A stretch of 64,000 nucleotides of DNA, taken from Scyliorhinus canicula (taxonomy: Eukaryota). Below the pieces are notes generated by a model. That model saw only the letters and a program-made list of their open reading frames with translations, did no database searches and was not told the DNA's origin. Below, one piece after another: positions 24,585-37,244 of this stretch. Position 1 is the stretch's first letter; each line of letters begins with the position of its first letter. Position numbers and translations under genes: made by a program. The DNA is taken from contig NC_052161.1 in the NCBI RefSeq assembly GCF_902713615.1, forward strand, positions 4,133,698 through 4,197,697, in the 5' to 3' direction.

Positions 24585-25315
24585 AGCAGGGAACAAGTAC
24601 AGGCGCTGTTGTGCTTTCTTGGTTGTAGCGTTGTCGTGGGTGGACCAGGACAGATTGTTGGTGATGTGTGCACCTAGGAATTTGAAGCTGTTAACCATCT
24701 CCACCTTGGTACCGTGATGCAGACAAGGATGTGTACGACACTTGGCTTCCTGAAGTCGGTGACCAACTCCTTAGTTTTGCTGACATTGAGGGAGATATTA
24801 GCAAATGTTAATTTTGCTGTTAATTAACACAGGAGCATTTACCAAACATCTTCTGCATCTTCATCATATTCTGCTCCAAATTGGTAGACATCACAAGGTG
24901 AGGTTTTCTTCGGAATGGTTTCTACCATGCCGCCTCAATTTACGACAACTTATTGATGAAGTCTGTGACGGTAGTGGCATACGCGTCTAGGTTGGCCACT
25001 AGGTTTGTGAATATGGACCAGTCCACTGACTCCACGCAGTCACATAGGAGCTCTTCTGTTGCCTCGGACCAGCATTACACAACCTTCTTAACCAGATTCT
25101 CCCGCTTCAGTTTCTGCTTATATGCCGGGAGAAGGACACTGTCTTATGGTCTGATTTTCTGAAGCATGGTCAGAAAATAGATCGGTAGGCGCCTTTGATG
25201 TTTGTGTAGCAGTGGTCAAGGATACTGGTGGGGCAGGAGACGTGTTGGTTGAATTTTGGCAATGCATTCTTGAGGTTGGCCTGGTTGAAGTCCCCGGCCA
25301 CAATGAACAAAGCCG
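24585..25315 (-). mobile_element. Rex1/Babar-like LINE fragments (endonuclease and RT pieces)
   Basis: Minus strand FIVAGDFNQANLKNALPK..ILDHCYTNIKGAY; VNSFKFLGAHITNNLSWSTHDNATTKKAQQRLYL. Confidence 0.75.
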
Positions 25316-25317
25316 CT

Positions 25318-26608
25318 AAGTTTTCTGTTTCAATGTTATTTATATTTGTTGTTTAGAAAATATTTTATTAAGGCATTTATAATTTTAACAAAGAGATCCA
25401 ACAAACACAAAAAAACCTACAATAACATACCCATCTCCCCCAAAGCATAAACCTTAACTATCATACCCTTCTAATTTTCCCTGAAGAAGTTGATGAATGA
25501 ACCCCTGTAACGAACCCGTTAAGGCGAATTTGATTTTCTCCAGCCTAAGAAACCCTGCCACGTCGCTGACCCAAACCCCCATCTTTGGAGGCTCCGGGTC
25601 CCTCCATCCCAACAGAAACCGTCTCCGGGCCACCATGGAGGCAAAGGCCAAAATGTCGGCCTCCCTCCCCCCTGGGCTCCCTGATCTTCCGACACTCCAA
25701 ATATTGCCACCTCTGGACTTGGAATCACCCCCCCTTCCAGGACCTCAGACATAGCATCTGAAAGCTCCTGCCAAAATCCCCTCAGCCTCGGACACGCCCA
25801 AAACATATGTACATGATTCACAAGACTTCCCCACACCGACCAACCTGTCCTCCACCTCCTCAAAAAACCTGCTCATCCGTGCCACAGTCATATGAGCCGT
25901 GTGGACCACCTTGAATTGGATCGGGCTAAGCCTGGCACACGAGGAGGACGCATTGACTCTCCTCGGGGACTCCTCCCATTACCCAGCTTCTAACTCCCCT
26001 CCCAGCTCTTCCTCCCACTTCCACTTCACCTCCCCTATTGGAACACCTTCCCACTCTATCAGTTCCTTATATATTTCCGAGACTTTCTCCTCCCCAACTC
26101 CTGTTTTGGACATCACCTTGTCCTGTAGCCCCCTTAGTGGGAGGCGTGGGAAGCCCAGGACCTGCCTCTGAACAAAGTCCCGCACTTGCAAGTATCGGAA
26201 CCCATTCCCATCTGGTAACTCGAACTCCTCCTCCAGCTTCACAAACTCAGGAAACCCTCCTCAATAAAAAGATCTCCAAATCTTGCGATCCCTGCCAGCT
26301 GCCATCTCCTAAAGCCCCCGTCCAGCACCCCCGGAGCAAACCGATGGTTGTCATAGATCGGTGCCCACACCGACACCCCCTCCAGTCCCATGTGTTGCCT
26401 CCACTGCCCCCACACCCTCAGGGCTGCCACTACCACCGGGCATGTGGAGTACCGAGCCGGCAAGAACTGCTGAGGTGCCGCTAACAAAGCCTTCAGACTC
26501 GTGCCCTTACAAGATGCAGCCTCTATCCGCTCCCATACCAATCCCTCCCCCACTACCCACTCCCTAGCCATCGATATGTTAGCCGCCCAGTAATAGTTGA
26601 TAAAGTTA
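25318..26608 (-). mobile_element. L1-clade LINE 3' segment
   Basis: NFINYYWAANI..HMFWACPRL..KIKF; A-rich tail at ~25320-25420. Confidence 0.85.
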
Positions 26609-28121
26609 CTTCCGGTGGTGGCCATGGAGTGAGTGGTCACATATTTGGTAGCTCCCGCTCGTGGCGGATCTTTTGGACTTTTTTCCCCCGAATCACAGAA
26701 GATTTGATTGTTAAAACAGGAGACTGGTGAAGTAGAGGAGGATTCCCCACCAGTGTATGGATTTGTGGACCAGAAGGGGTCTGAAAAGGAGAGAACGTCA
26801 GTCGAAGACGGGAGTGGAGTCTGCAGTGCAGGAGAATATGGCGGAGGGTCAGGGAGCGAAACTGCCAACCCAGTGGTCAACGGAGCAGCTGGTGGATTTT
26901 CTTCAGGAGAAATGCGGTCAGCAAAGAATGGATTATCTGGAACCGATAAAGGTGGGGATTGATCGTGTGGAGCAGAGATTGGAAACCCAGGGCCAGGCAA
27001 TCCAGAAGTGGAAGAGGCGGTGGCTGAGCATGATGAGCAGCTATCCGCGATGGCGGTGTTGATGGGACTGATGAAGGACCACCAGAAGAGGCTGCAAGTG
27101 AAAATGGAGGATCTGGAGAATTGATCCGCGGGCAGAACCTGATGATTGTTGATCTCCCGGAGGGCAGCGAGGGATCAGACGCAGGTGCATATGTGGCGCG
27201 TATGTTTGAGAAGCTGCTGGAGGAAGGTGCGTTGGACAGGGCGCACAGGGCGGTTATGAAGAAGCCCCTGAGGAATGAGCTCCGAGGTCGATAGTGGTAT
27301 GTATGCACCGGTTCCTGGACATTGAACAGATCTTGAGGTGGGCCAGGCAGGCGAGGAACTGTTTATGGGAAGACAACGAGCTGCGTAATTACCAGGACTT
27401 GGGTGCGGAATTGGCCAAAAGAAGGTCAAGTTTTAATTAGGTGAAATCTGCCCTCTTTAAGAAGGGGGTGAGGGAGCAGCATGGTGGCGCAGTGGTTAGC
27501 ATTGCTGTCTCACGGCACCGAGGTCGCAGGTTCGATCTCTGCACATTCTCCCTGTGTTTGCGTGGGTGTCACCCCCACAACAGAAAGCAAGCTAGGTGGA
27601 TTGGCCATGCTAAATTGCCCCTTAATTGGAAAAAATAAATTAATGAAAAAAGAAGGGGGTGAGGTTTGGTATGCTGTACCCAGCACGTCTGTGGGTCGCT
27701 TATGAGGCCCAGGAACTCGCCAGATGAGGTGATAAGTTTGTTGAGGGGGTTTGGGATTGTTATTTTGTTATGGGGGAGGGGGGGCTTTGATCTGCTGACA
27801 GGGGAGGGACTGGGGCTTGGAGACAGACTGGGGGGTCGATGACGGTGGGGGCTGCGGGCTGGAGGCTGGCCGAGGAAGGGTTATGGTGGATTGGGGGGCT
27901 GGTGCCCCACGACCAGGCTGTTCACATGGAACATGAGAGGGTTGAATGGGCCGGTCAAGAGGGCTCGTTTGTTCACGCATTTGAAGAGCTTAAAGGCGGA
28001 CATGGCACTGCTGCAGGAGACACACCTGAGGTTGGTGGATCAGACTAAACTGAGGAAGGGATGGGGTGGGCAGGTATTTTATTCGGGGCTGGACTCTAAA
28101 ACTGAGGGAGGTGGCAATTTT
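26609..28121 (+). mobile_element. L1-clade LINE 5' segment (5' UTR, ORF1, start of endonuclease), inverted relative to 25318-26608
   Basis: GC-rich start CTTCCGGTGGTGGCCATGGAG; ORF1 motifs QNLMIVDLPEG, AHR, YQDLGAELAKRR, FGMLYPARLWV; endonuclease TWNMRGLNGPVKR..LLQETHL; resumes as GVAILINKRV at 29624-29650. Confidence 0.85.
27474..27649 (+). mobile_element. Short V-SINE (internally deleted) with 15-bp TSD, inside L1 ORF1
   Basis: AAGAAGGGGGTGAGG at 27459-27473 and 27650-27664, preceded by CTTT. Confidence 0.9.
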
Positions 28122-29619
28122 TAAAAAATAAATGTTTTTTATTGGGTTTTTGAACAAAGTATATTTACTGTCATGTACATAGGATAAGAAACATATATAT
28201 TATATATATATAGAAGAGAAGGGCACACCCAAACATACCAAAGAAAAGAAAATAGTAAATAATTAAAAAAATACAATAGAATAACTGGTAGGGTATTGTG
28301 CACCAGCTCAACAGCAGCAACTCTGTACACCTGGCAAAATTATTTACAACACATAAGTAGGCAACTGTTCGCGGGGGGAGGGAGGGGGGTGTGGAGACTG
28401 GGGAGGTAAATATACATTCGGGTGCCGGAGAAACAATTACAGTGGGCAATACTGGAATGGTTTGGTGTTGTTGTCCCTTGCTTCTTCCGGACGGATCTCG
28501 CTGCCGTCTCGCGCTCACCTCCACTTACTTCTGCCGTTTCTCCATCTTTCATCTTTATTCTCCTTGTTCCCTACTCCTGGAGATGCCATGTTCGTTATTG
28601 TATCCCGTGCCTTCCTTCCGGCTCTCATTTCCCTGGTTCTCCTCTCTTGTTCCCTGTCTCTTTCCTCTCCACCCCCCCGCCCCTCCTGTGGTTCGCCTTT
28701 CTTTCCTCTTGGGTGTGGCTGCTCCCCCCCCCCCCCCCCCCCCCCCCGTCTATCTCTCCCTCATGCTTTGGCTACTTTCCCCTGATTCTTGGCTACCTGG
28801 TTGTTCTTCGGCTTGTTCGTTGGCCACAAACAGGTCCCGGAACAATTGCGTGAATGGCTCCCACGTTCTGTGGAAACCGTCGTCTGACCCACGAATGGCG
28901 AATTTGATTTTCTCCATTTGGAGAGATTCCGAGAGGTCGGACAGCCAGTCTGCAGCTTTGAACAGGATTCTACGGCGGGCGATCAGGGAGACAAAGGCAA
29001 GGGCGTCCGCCTTCCTCACCAGGAATAGATCTGGCTGGTCCGAAACCTCGAAGACCGCCACTTTTGGGCATGGCTCCACCCGCATCCCCACCACTTTGGA
29101 CATTGCCTCGAAGAAGGCTGTCCAGTACCCTGCAAGTCTGGGGCAAGACTAGAACATGTGGGCGTGGTTGGCCGGGCCTCCTTGGCACCGTTCACATCTA
29201 TCCTCCACCTCCGAGAAGAACCTACTCATACGGGTTCTTGTTAAGTGGGCTCTATGTACCACTTTTAGCTGCGACAGGCTGAGCCTTGCGCAAGTGGAGG
29301 TGGAGTTGACCCTATGCAATGCTTTTCTTCAGAGTCCCCACCCTATCTCAATCCCCAGGTCGTCCTCCCATTTCCTTCTTGTTGCGTCCAGTACAGTGTC
29401 GGCCCTTTCTATCAGTCGGTCATACATGTCACTACAGTTTCCTTTGTCTAGTATGCTTGCACCCAGCAGTTCTTCCAGTAGTATCTGTCGTGGCTGTTGT
29501 GGGTACGTCCTTGTCTCCTTTCGTAGGAAGTTTTGGAGCTGTAGATACCTTAGCTCGTTCCCCCTGGCTAGCTGGAATTTCTCTGTCAGTTCGTCCAGTG
29601 TTGCGATCCTGCCGTCCAT
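28122..29619 (-). mobile_element. 5'-truncated L1 inserted into the endonuclease of another L1, 15-bp TSD
   Basis: GGAGGTGGCAATTTT at 28107-28121 and 29620-29634; ORFs 28750-29103 and 29329-29664 are the L1 ORF2 C-terminus. Confidence 0.9.
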
Positions 29620-29644
29620 GGAGGTGGCAATTTTGATTAATAAA

Positions 29645-30120
29645 CGGGTGCAGAGGAGATTCACCAGGATGTAGCCTGGAGTGTTTCAGCTATCGGGTGA
29701 GGCTAGATAGGCCGGGGTTGTTTTCCCTGAAGCAGAGAAGGATGAAGGGGGGGACCTGATTGAGATGTATAAAATTATGAGGGACATAGATCGGGTGGGC
29801 AGCTTTCCCCTTAGTGGAGGGGCCAATAACCAGGGGGCATAGATTTACGGTAATGGGCAGTTGGTTTGGAGGCGATGTTAGGAAAACCTTTTTCACCCAG
29901 AGGGTGGTGGGAATCTGGAACTCGCTGCCTGAAAGGGTGGTGGAGGCAGAGACCCTCACAACATTTAAGAAGTGTTTAGATCAGCACTTGAAATGCCATT
30001 GCATACAAGGCTATGGACCAAGTGCTGGAAAAAGGGATTAGAATAGAGAGGTGCTTGTTGGACAGCATGGACATGATGGGCCAAAGGGTCTCTTCCCCTG
30101 CTGTAAAACTCAATAACTCT
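29645..30120 (+). mobile_element. CR1 3' fragment
   Basis: RVQRRFTRM, TRGHRF, FFTQRVVGIWNSLP and a CR1 3' UTR. Confidence 0.85.
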
Positions 30121-30129
30121 ACGAACAGG

Positions 30130-30780
30130 CATCAAATAAAATTTGACACTGAGCTACATGAGGAAATATTTGGTCAGATGATCAAACCAAAATAGGTTTG
30201 AAGAGTGTGTTCAAGGAGGAAAGAGAGGTGGAGAGAATTGGCAGGAAACCTTTGCGAGTGGGACCATGGCAGCTGGAGGCACAGCCACCAATAGTGAAGG
30301 GATTAAAATAGTAGATGCTCAGAAGACCAGATTGGCGGCGTCCAGATATGTCAGGGGGCTAGAGGAGATGACAGAGATAGGAAAGGTTGAGGGCATAGAG
30401 AAATTTGAAAACAAGTATGAGAATTTTAAAATTGAGGCTCACTTAATTGGGGGTTGAGTCAGCAAACACACGAGATGGGTGAGGGGGATTTGGTACGAGT
30501 TAGGACATAAGCAGCAGAGTTTTGAATGAGCTCAGTTTTACAGGGGATGGAACAAAGGAGTATGTTGGAACAGTCACACCTACAGGTAACAACGGCATGG
30601 ACGAGAGTTTCAGCAGCAGATAAACTGAGGCAAGGGGAAGAGTCGGGGGGAACCACAACCTGAACCACCAAAAGGACAAGGTCAGTAGGTGCATGTTTGT
30701 CTACACTGGGGTCACATCCTGAAATTCCCTCACAGCATTGCAAGAGGGCCTTTATCAGCAAGACTGCAGCAGTTCTAGAA
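30130..30780. mobile_element. Old L2-like LINE fragment
   Basis: Reverse strand ETLVHAVVTCRCDCSNILL, IQNSAAYVLTRTKS (L2 RT C-terminus); homologous to the host sequence at 14380-14608 and 19510-19550. Confidence 0.7.
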
Positions 30781-31154
30781 GGCAGTCCTCTAACAACTTC
30801 TCAAAGCAGCTAAGGATGGATAATAAATAATGATCTTCCTCAGCATCTCCCAGATCCTGTGATGTTTCTTTTTTAAATGGACACTATAAGAAAGTGTAAA
30901 TCCTTTTGAATATGGTTCTGAAACATCAACTGTTTCTCTTGCCACAATGCTTCCAGACCTGTTGAATTTTTCTGTTTTTATTTCTGATCTCCAGCATCTG
31001 CAGCATTTTACTTTTATTTTGCTTTTGTACAAAAAGTGTAAATCCTTTAGGATATGGGGCAGAAGGAGATGTGAGAAGAGAAAATCATCACCGATGCTGA
31101 TCTGTGCAACATTCTTCAGAAGAGTGGCATCTTATTAATAAATTGTAAAGAAGC

Positions 31155-32735
31155 TTTGGTGTGGCACAGCGGTTAGCATTGCTGCCTCACAGCGCCAGGG
31201 ACCCGGGTTAACACTGCTGCCTCACAGCGCCAGGGGCCCGGGTTAACACTGCTGCCTCACAGTGCCAGGGACCCGGGTTAACACTGCTGCCTCACAGCGC
31301 CAGGGACCCGGGTTAACACTGCTGCCTCACAGCGCCAGGGACCCGGGTTAACACTGCTGCCTCACAGCGCCAGGGACCCGGGTTAACACTGCTGTCTCAC
31401 AGTGCCAAGGACCCGGGTTAACTGCAGCCTCACAGCGCCAGGGACCCGGGTTAGCACTGCTGCCTCACAGCGCCAAGGACCCGGGTTAGCACTGCTGCCT
31501 CACAGCGCCAGGGACCCGGGTTAACACTGCTGTCTGACAGTGCCAGGGACCTGGGTTAACACTGCTGCCTCACAGAGCCAGGGACCCGGGTTAACACTGC
31601 TGCCTCACAGCGCCAGGGACCCGGGTTAACACTGCTGCCTCACAGCGCCAGGGACCCGGGTTAGCACTGCTGCCTCACAGCGCCAGGGACCCGGGTTAGC
31701 ACTGCTGCCTCACAGCGCCAGGGACCCGGGTTAGCACTGCTGCCTCACAGCGCCAGGGACCCGGGTTAGCAATGCTGCCTCACAGCGCCAGGGACCCGGG
31801 TTAGCACTGCTGCCTCACAGCGCCAGGGACCCGGGTTAGCACTGCTGCCTCACAGCGCCAGGGACCCGGGTTAGCATTGCTGCCTCGTGGTGCTGAGGTA
31901 CTAGGTTCGATCCCGGCTCTGGGTCACTGTCCGTGTGGAGTTTGCACATTCTCCCCGTGTTTGCGTGGGTTTCGCCCCCACAACCCAAAGGTGTGCAGGG
32001 TAGGTGGATTGGTCACGCTAAATTGCCCCTTAATAGGGAAAAATGAATTGGGTACACTAAATTTTAAAAAAAACACTGCTACCTCACAGAGCCAGGGATC
32101 TGGGTTAGCACTGCTGCATCACAGAGCCAGGGACCCGGGTTAACACTGCTGCCTCACAGTGCCAGGAACCCGGGTTAACACTGCTGTCTCACAGTGCCAG
32201 GGACCCGGGTTAACACTGCTGTCTCACAGTGCCAGGGTCCCGGGTTAACACTGCTGTCTCACAGTGCCAGGGACCCGGGTTAGCACTGCTGTCTCACAGT
32301 GCCAGGGACCCGGGTTAGCACTGCTGTCTCACAGTGCCAGGGACCCGGGTTAGCACTGCTGTGTCACAGTGCCAGGGACCCGGGTTAGCACTGCTGTGTC
32401 ACAGTGCCAGGGACCCGGGTTAGCACTGCTGCCTCACAGCGCCAGGGACTCCGGTTGAATTCCGGCCTCGGGTCACTCTGTGTGGAGATGCACGTTCTCC
32501 CCGTGTCTGCGTGGGTTTCGTCCGGGTACTCCTGTTTCCTCCCACAGTCCAAAGATGTGCAGGTTAGATGGATTGGCCATTCTAAAAATTGATTCTTAGT
32601 GTCCAGGGATGTGCAAGTTGGGTGGGGTCATAGGGATGGGATGGGGCGGGGTAGTGGGCCTGCGCTGGGTGCTCTTTCAGAGGGTTAGTGCAGACTCGAA
32701 GGGCCAAATGGCCTCCTGCGCTGTTGGGATTCTAT
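31155..32735 (+). repeat. HE1 SINE whose head is tandemly amplified as a 35-bp unit (AACACTGCTGCCTCACAGCGCCAGGGACCCGGGTT), ~20 plus ~11 units, with a short SINE inside the array (~31870-32072)
   Basis: Period from 31201 to 31236 = 35. The array starts after a SINE A box and ends in a complete HE1 body and tail at 32450-32735. Confidence 0.93.
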
Positions 32736-33179
32736 AGCTGCTACCAGAGCTTCCTTGCTCCTGTCTGTCACCTAGTAGTTTAAAGTGATAACAGTTCCCA
32801 GAGGTGGAGTGGAGTGGGGTGACCAGCATTCAGACAGATACAGCTGGTTTAAGGGCAGTTTGTTGTGGACAGTCAGGGATAGCACCCTGTTCTGTCATTC
32901 TTGCTGTTCCTATAAAGTTGTTATTGTCAGAAAGCCATCAGATATGCTTATGTTGTCCTTCAGAGTTCCCAGGGCATTACCTAATTTAAAGGATGTGCAA
33001 CACAATACAGAGGCGGAGAAACGACAATGGAGCGGGATAGGTTTAAGGGAACAATGAATGTAATTGTAGTCTCAATATCCTTGATAAAACACGTATCCTT
33101 GATACAGCAAATACAGGAACTATTCCAAGTAAAACCGTCTATTATACACAGGAGAAAGTTCATCCTGGATAATAGTAGA

Positions 33180-33800
33180 TTCTATGTGGTTGACCCTTAA
33201 ATGCTCTCTCTGAAATGTCCTAGCAAGCCACTCAGTTATATTCAGCCGCTATGAAGAAAACACAAAGGAATGAAACCAGACGGACCACCCGGCATCGACC
33301 TGGGCATCGGAAACAACAACGGCAAACCCAGCCCTGTTGACCCTGCAAAGTCCTCCTTACTAACATCTAGGGGCTTGTGCCAAAATCTGGGGTACTGTCC
33401 CACAGATGAGTCAAGCAGCAGCTCACGGAATCATATCTTACAGACAATGTCCCAGATACCACCACCACTATTCCTGGGTATGTCCTGTCTCACTGGTAGG
33501 AGGGAGTTGTTCTAGGAATTGTCAACATCGATTCTAGGCCCCATGAAGTCTCATGGCACCAGGTCAAATATGGGGAAGGAAACCTCCTGCTGATTACCTT
33601 GTACCATCCCCCTGAGCTGATGAATCAGTTACTCCTCCACCGTGAACACCACTTGGAGGAAGCACTGAGGGTAGCAAAGGCGCAGAATATACTCTGGCTG
33701 GTGGACTTCAATGTCCATCATCAAGAATGGCTCGGTGGTACCACCACAGACAGAGCTGGCTGGGTCCTAAAGGACATAGCTGCTAGACTATGTCTAGCAC
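33180..33800 (+). mobile_element. Second CR1/Jockey-group LINE family, 5' and endonuclease fragment
   Basis: PVDPAKSSLL, EHHLEEALRVAKAQNILWLVDFNVHHQEWLG..DRAG..LKDIAARL. Confidence 0.7.
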
Positions 33801-34884
33801 ATCCCGTAACTGAATTTAAAAAAAGGAAACTTAACTATGCTAGGTGAAAACAATGTATTGTATATAATAGGGAGCCATATCTCATGTAAAACACAGGGTA
33901 TTGAATACAGAAAAGAGATTGACAATCAGTGAACCCCAGCACCAACATTCTGTTCTTGTCTGGATTAATATGGAATCATAAATGATGGAACAGAGAAGTA
34001 GGTCATTTGTCCCATTTTGTCTCTTTGAAAGGAGTTATCCAATTAGACCCGCTCTCCCTCTGCTCTTTCCCCACACCCTCCGACAAATTTTCTTTTTTGA
34101 GTCCTTAACAAAATCCTTTTTGAAAGTCATTGAATTTACTTTCCCCAACATCATTCGTGGGATGTGAGCGTTACTGGCAAGGCCAGCATTTGCTGTCCAT
34201 CTCTAATTGCCCTTGTTGCTGGGCTGGTGTTGGTGAGCTGCCTTCTGGTATATGTATTCCCATAGTGCTGTTAATGAGTTCCAGGATTTAGGCCCAATGA
34301 CAGTCAAGGAATGGCGACATAGTTCCAAGCTAGATCATTATAACTCAACATGTTTAAAAATAATCCTCCTCACCTCTCTGGTTCCTTGGCCAATTATAGT
34401 AAATCCGTGTTCTCTGTTTACCACCTCTCTTGATGGTGGACACAGTTTCTCACAAAAATCCTTGTCTTTTGACTGTTTCCTGACCCTCTATCCTCCAGTA
34501 ATGCACCCAGTTGCTCACTTAGTGAATGTTGTCAGGTCACTCCATGAAGGGAGAGCATCGCAAATGAACCCTCGTTCTAATATCCACCTAGGCACTCTCG
34601 AGAGGGGCTACTGTTAACATCGCCAGGAGAATCCTGAGGGAGTTTGTAGCCTTCCTATCACTATTCTGGTGAGATCAGAGATTAAACATAAAATATCAAT
34701 GGGTATGAATCAGCACTCCCCTTATCTAGTTGGACAGAATTCTGTTTTTTTGTAATTTGAGATGACTAAAAATGTATGAAGACTGCATTTTTCTTTCTGA
34801 CTGGATCTCAAGGTTAATGAAGCAAATAAAAAGTTGGGCTAGAACTCTTCGGGTTAAAGTCGCACATCATCTTAACTTGGAAAT

Positions 34885-35110
34885 TGTTTTTGTTTTGAAA
34901 TTTTTGAGCACCCAATTATTTTTCCATTAAGGGGCAATTTAGCGTGGTCAGTCCACCTACCCTGCACATCTTTGTGTTGTGGGGGTGAGACCCATACAGA
35001 CACTGGGAGAATGTGCAAACTCCACACAGACAGTGACCCAGGGCCGGGATTGAATCCGGGTCCTCAGCGCCGTAGGCAGCAGTGCTAACCACTGCACCAC
35101 CATGCCGCCC
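34885..35110 (-). mobile_element. Short V-SINE with 12-bp TSD
   Basis: TAACTTGGAAAT at 34873-34884 and 35111-35122. Confidence 0.88.
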
Positions 35111-35193
35111 TAACTTGGAAATATATCAGCCGTTCCTCTGATGTTGCTGGGTCAAAGACCTGGAACACTTGCTTAACAACACTGTGGGTGTAC

Positions 35194-35822
35194 TGTTATG
35201 GGCCAGGGTTTAGAGAACTCCAAAGTGGAGCATTGAGTTCACCTGACCCACAACTCTTAATAGATTGTGGTATGGGGAGTACACGGCCGACTCTACAGGT
35301 GTGGTACAGCAGAAATGGAAAAGTATTTTTAAAAGCAAAACAATGTTTAGTCTATGAACTCAAGTTAACCTTTTTAAAACATACAGTGAACATCTTAGCA
35401 ACCATTAATTCAAATATAAACCCCAAAGAATACAACACTAAGTAATGCTTAATAACTTCCCAAACAACATCCAGACAAAAGAAACACCTTTTAACAGAAG
35501 CACATTAGGTTTACATTCACTACTGAGAACATTTATAATTCTAAATTCACCAAATGATCAAAAGATAGTCTTTTGATGGCAGAGAGAACAGCAGTACACC
35601 TGCTCTGTCTGGCTTCAGCTCCAACACTGAAAACGAAAGTAAAACACACCCTGCAGCCTGCTCAAAAACGAAAGTAAAAAGCTGACAGACAGCCCAGCTC
35701 CACCCACACTCTGACATCACTACAGTAATAACCACCCATTTCTTAAAGGTACTCTCACTACAAATATTTATATACACACCCATTTATAAACACCCATTTC
35801 TTAAAGTTACTCTCACACGACA
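35194..35822. mobile_element. Solo LTR (Gypsy-like), 629 bp
   Basis: TGTT..GACA termini and a 4-bp TSD GTAC (35190-35193, 35823-35826). The host LINE tail ACTGTGGGTGTAC|CTACACCAC is restored on removal. Confidence 0.85.
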
Positions 35823-37102
35823 GTACCTACACCACATGAACTGCAAAAGGTTCAAGAAAGCAGTTCACCACCATTTTCTCAAGGGCAATTAGAAATGGGC
35901 AATAAATACTGATCTTTCCATTAACGCCTACATCCCGAGAGTGAATGAATAAATACAGCAAGGACATGAATTAGGCTGCCTCTGGTCGAGAATGCTTTAA
36001 TGGATTCTGGAAGCAGCTTCTAATGGGTTTCTTGCATAGTCTACAGCTCTCTCGATACTCATTTCATCTCCAACACTTATAATAAACACAGCAGTGATCC
36101 TGTCACTGTACTGCACTGTCAGCTGACTCCTTTGAGTTAATGAGGCTCTTGTCATCAATGCGGAGACGGTGAGCTGGAGTCTCCAAGCTGCAGAATGCTG
36201 GCAGTTCTCGGATTGCATGTTGACTTCCCTGCTTCCTGTCACTTCCCCCACAAAAACATCCACTTCATGACATTAGTTGACTTTAGTTATTAAAAGAACC
36301 AAAGGCAACATAAGGGAGCAATGAGTTGTTGTGATCTAAATTACACGGCCAGAAAGGGCAGTGGAAGCAGATCCAATAGTAACTTTCAAAAGGGCATTGG
36401 GTAAATATTTGAAATGGAAACATTTGCAGGGGAAAAAGTGGAGGAGTGGGATAGTTTTTTTCCAAGAGCTGGCAGAAATGGCCTCCTTTGGCCCTGTATC
36501 ATTTTGATTGCCCCCATCTTTAATAATGTGCCACGTAATAGACTTCCCAGCAAAGGAAGCCCATGGAATAAAAGGGAAAGTGGCAGCTGGATATGATGTT
36601 GGCTGAGTGACTGGAAACAGAGTAGTAGTAAGAGGCTTCTGGATGGGTACATGAATAGGGAGGAAATAGAGGGGTATGGACTGAGTAAGGGCAGAAGGTT
36701 TTCTTTTTAGTTTGGGCTTCAGGATTTGCACAGGTTTGGCGGGGCGAAAAGCCTGTTCCTGTGCTGTACTTTTCTTCTTTGAGACTGGAGAAAGGTCCAT
36801 AGTAGGATACTACTAAGGTTGGTACCAGGACCACTATTGACCAGGTGTCCTGAGCCAACAATTATCCCTAAAATCTTCCTTAAAAACTTGTTGATCTTGT
36901 CTTTATTCCATTCTTCCTCATTGTCTCCCTTCTCCCTTATTTTTTTATTTCTCCTGCTCTCTGTTCTCCGTCCTGGTGAGCAGTTGCTGCATATTTTGGG
37001 TGCTTATATAAACATGTTTGCTTATGGGCTCAGCAATGTTGCTATCTCTTGTGTCAGTCCTGGCTGAGATGCTGTCACTATTCTAAGCTTTTTCTGTTGC
37101 AG

Positions 37103-37244
37103 ACGCAGTGTGATGGAGTGGGAAGAACCTCATGATAGTGCGCTCTACTGCTTGCAGAGTGATGGAAACTTCATGATCGCCAGTGGCTCCTCTCGCTATG
37201 GTGTTGTCCGTCTCTGGGACAAGAGGCAGAGTAAGAGTCTGCAG
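37103..37244 (+). CDS. FBXW4: FBXW4 coding exon, human exon 8 equivalent
   Basis: gttgcag|A CGC AGT GTG ATG GAG TGG..CTG CAG|gtaaga, 142 nt; phase matches the previous exon. RSVMEWEEPHDSALYCLQSDGNFMIASGSSRYGVVRLWDKRQSKSLQ. Confidence 0.96.

Noticed and set aside
31170-32450. CRISPR-like regular array
   Set aside because: Units are contiguous with no unique spacers, derive from a SINE head, and the DNA is vertebrate with no cas genes.
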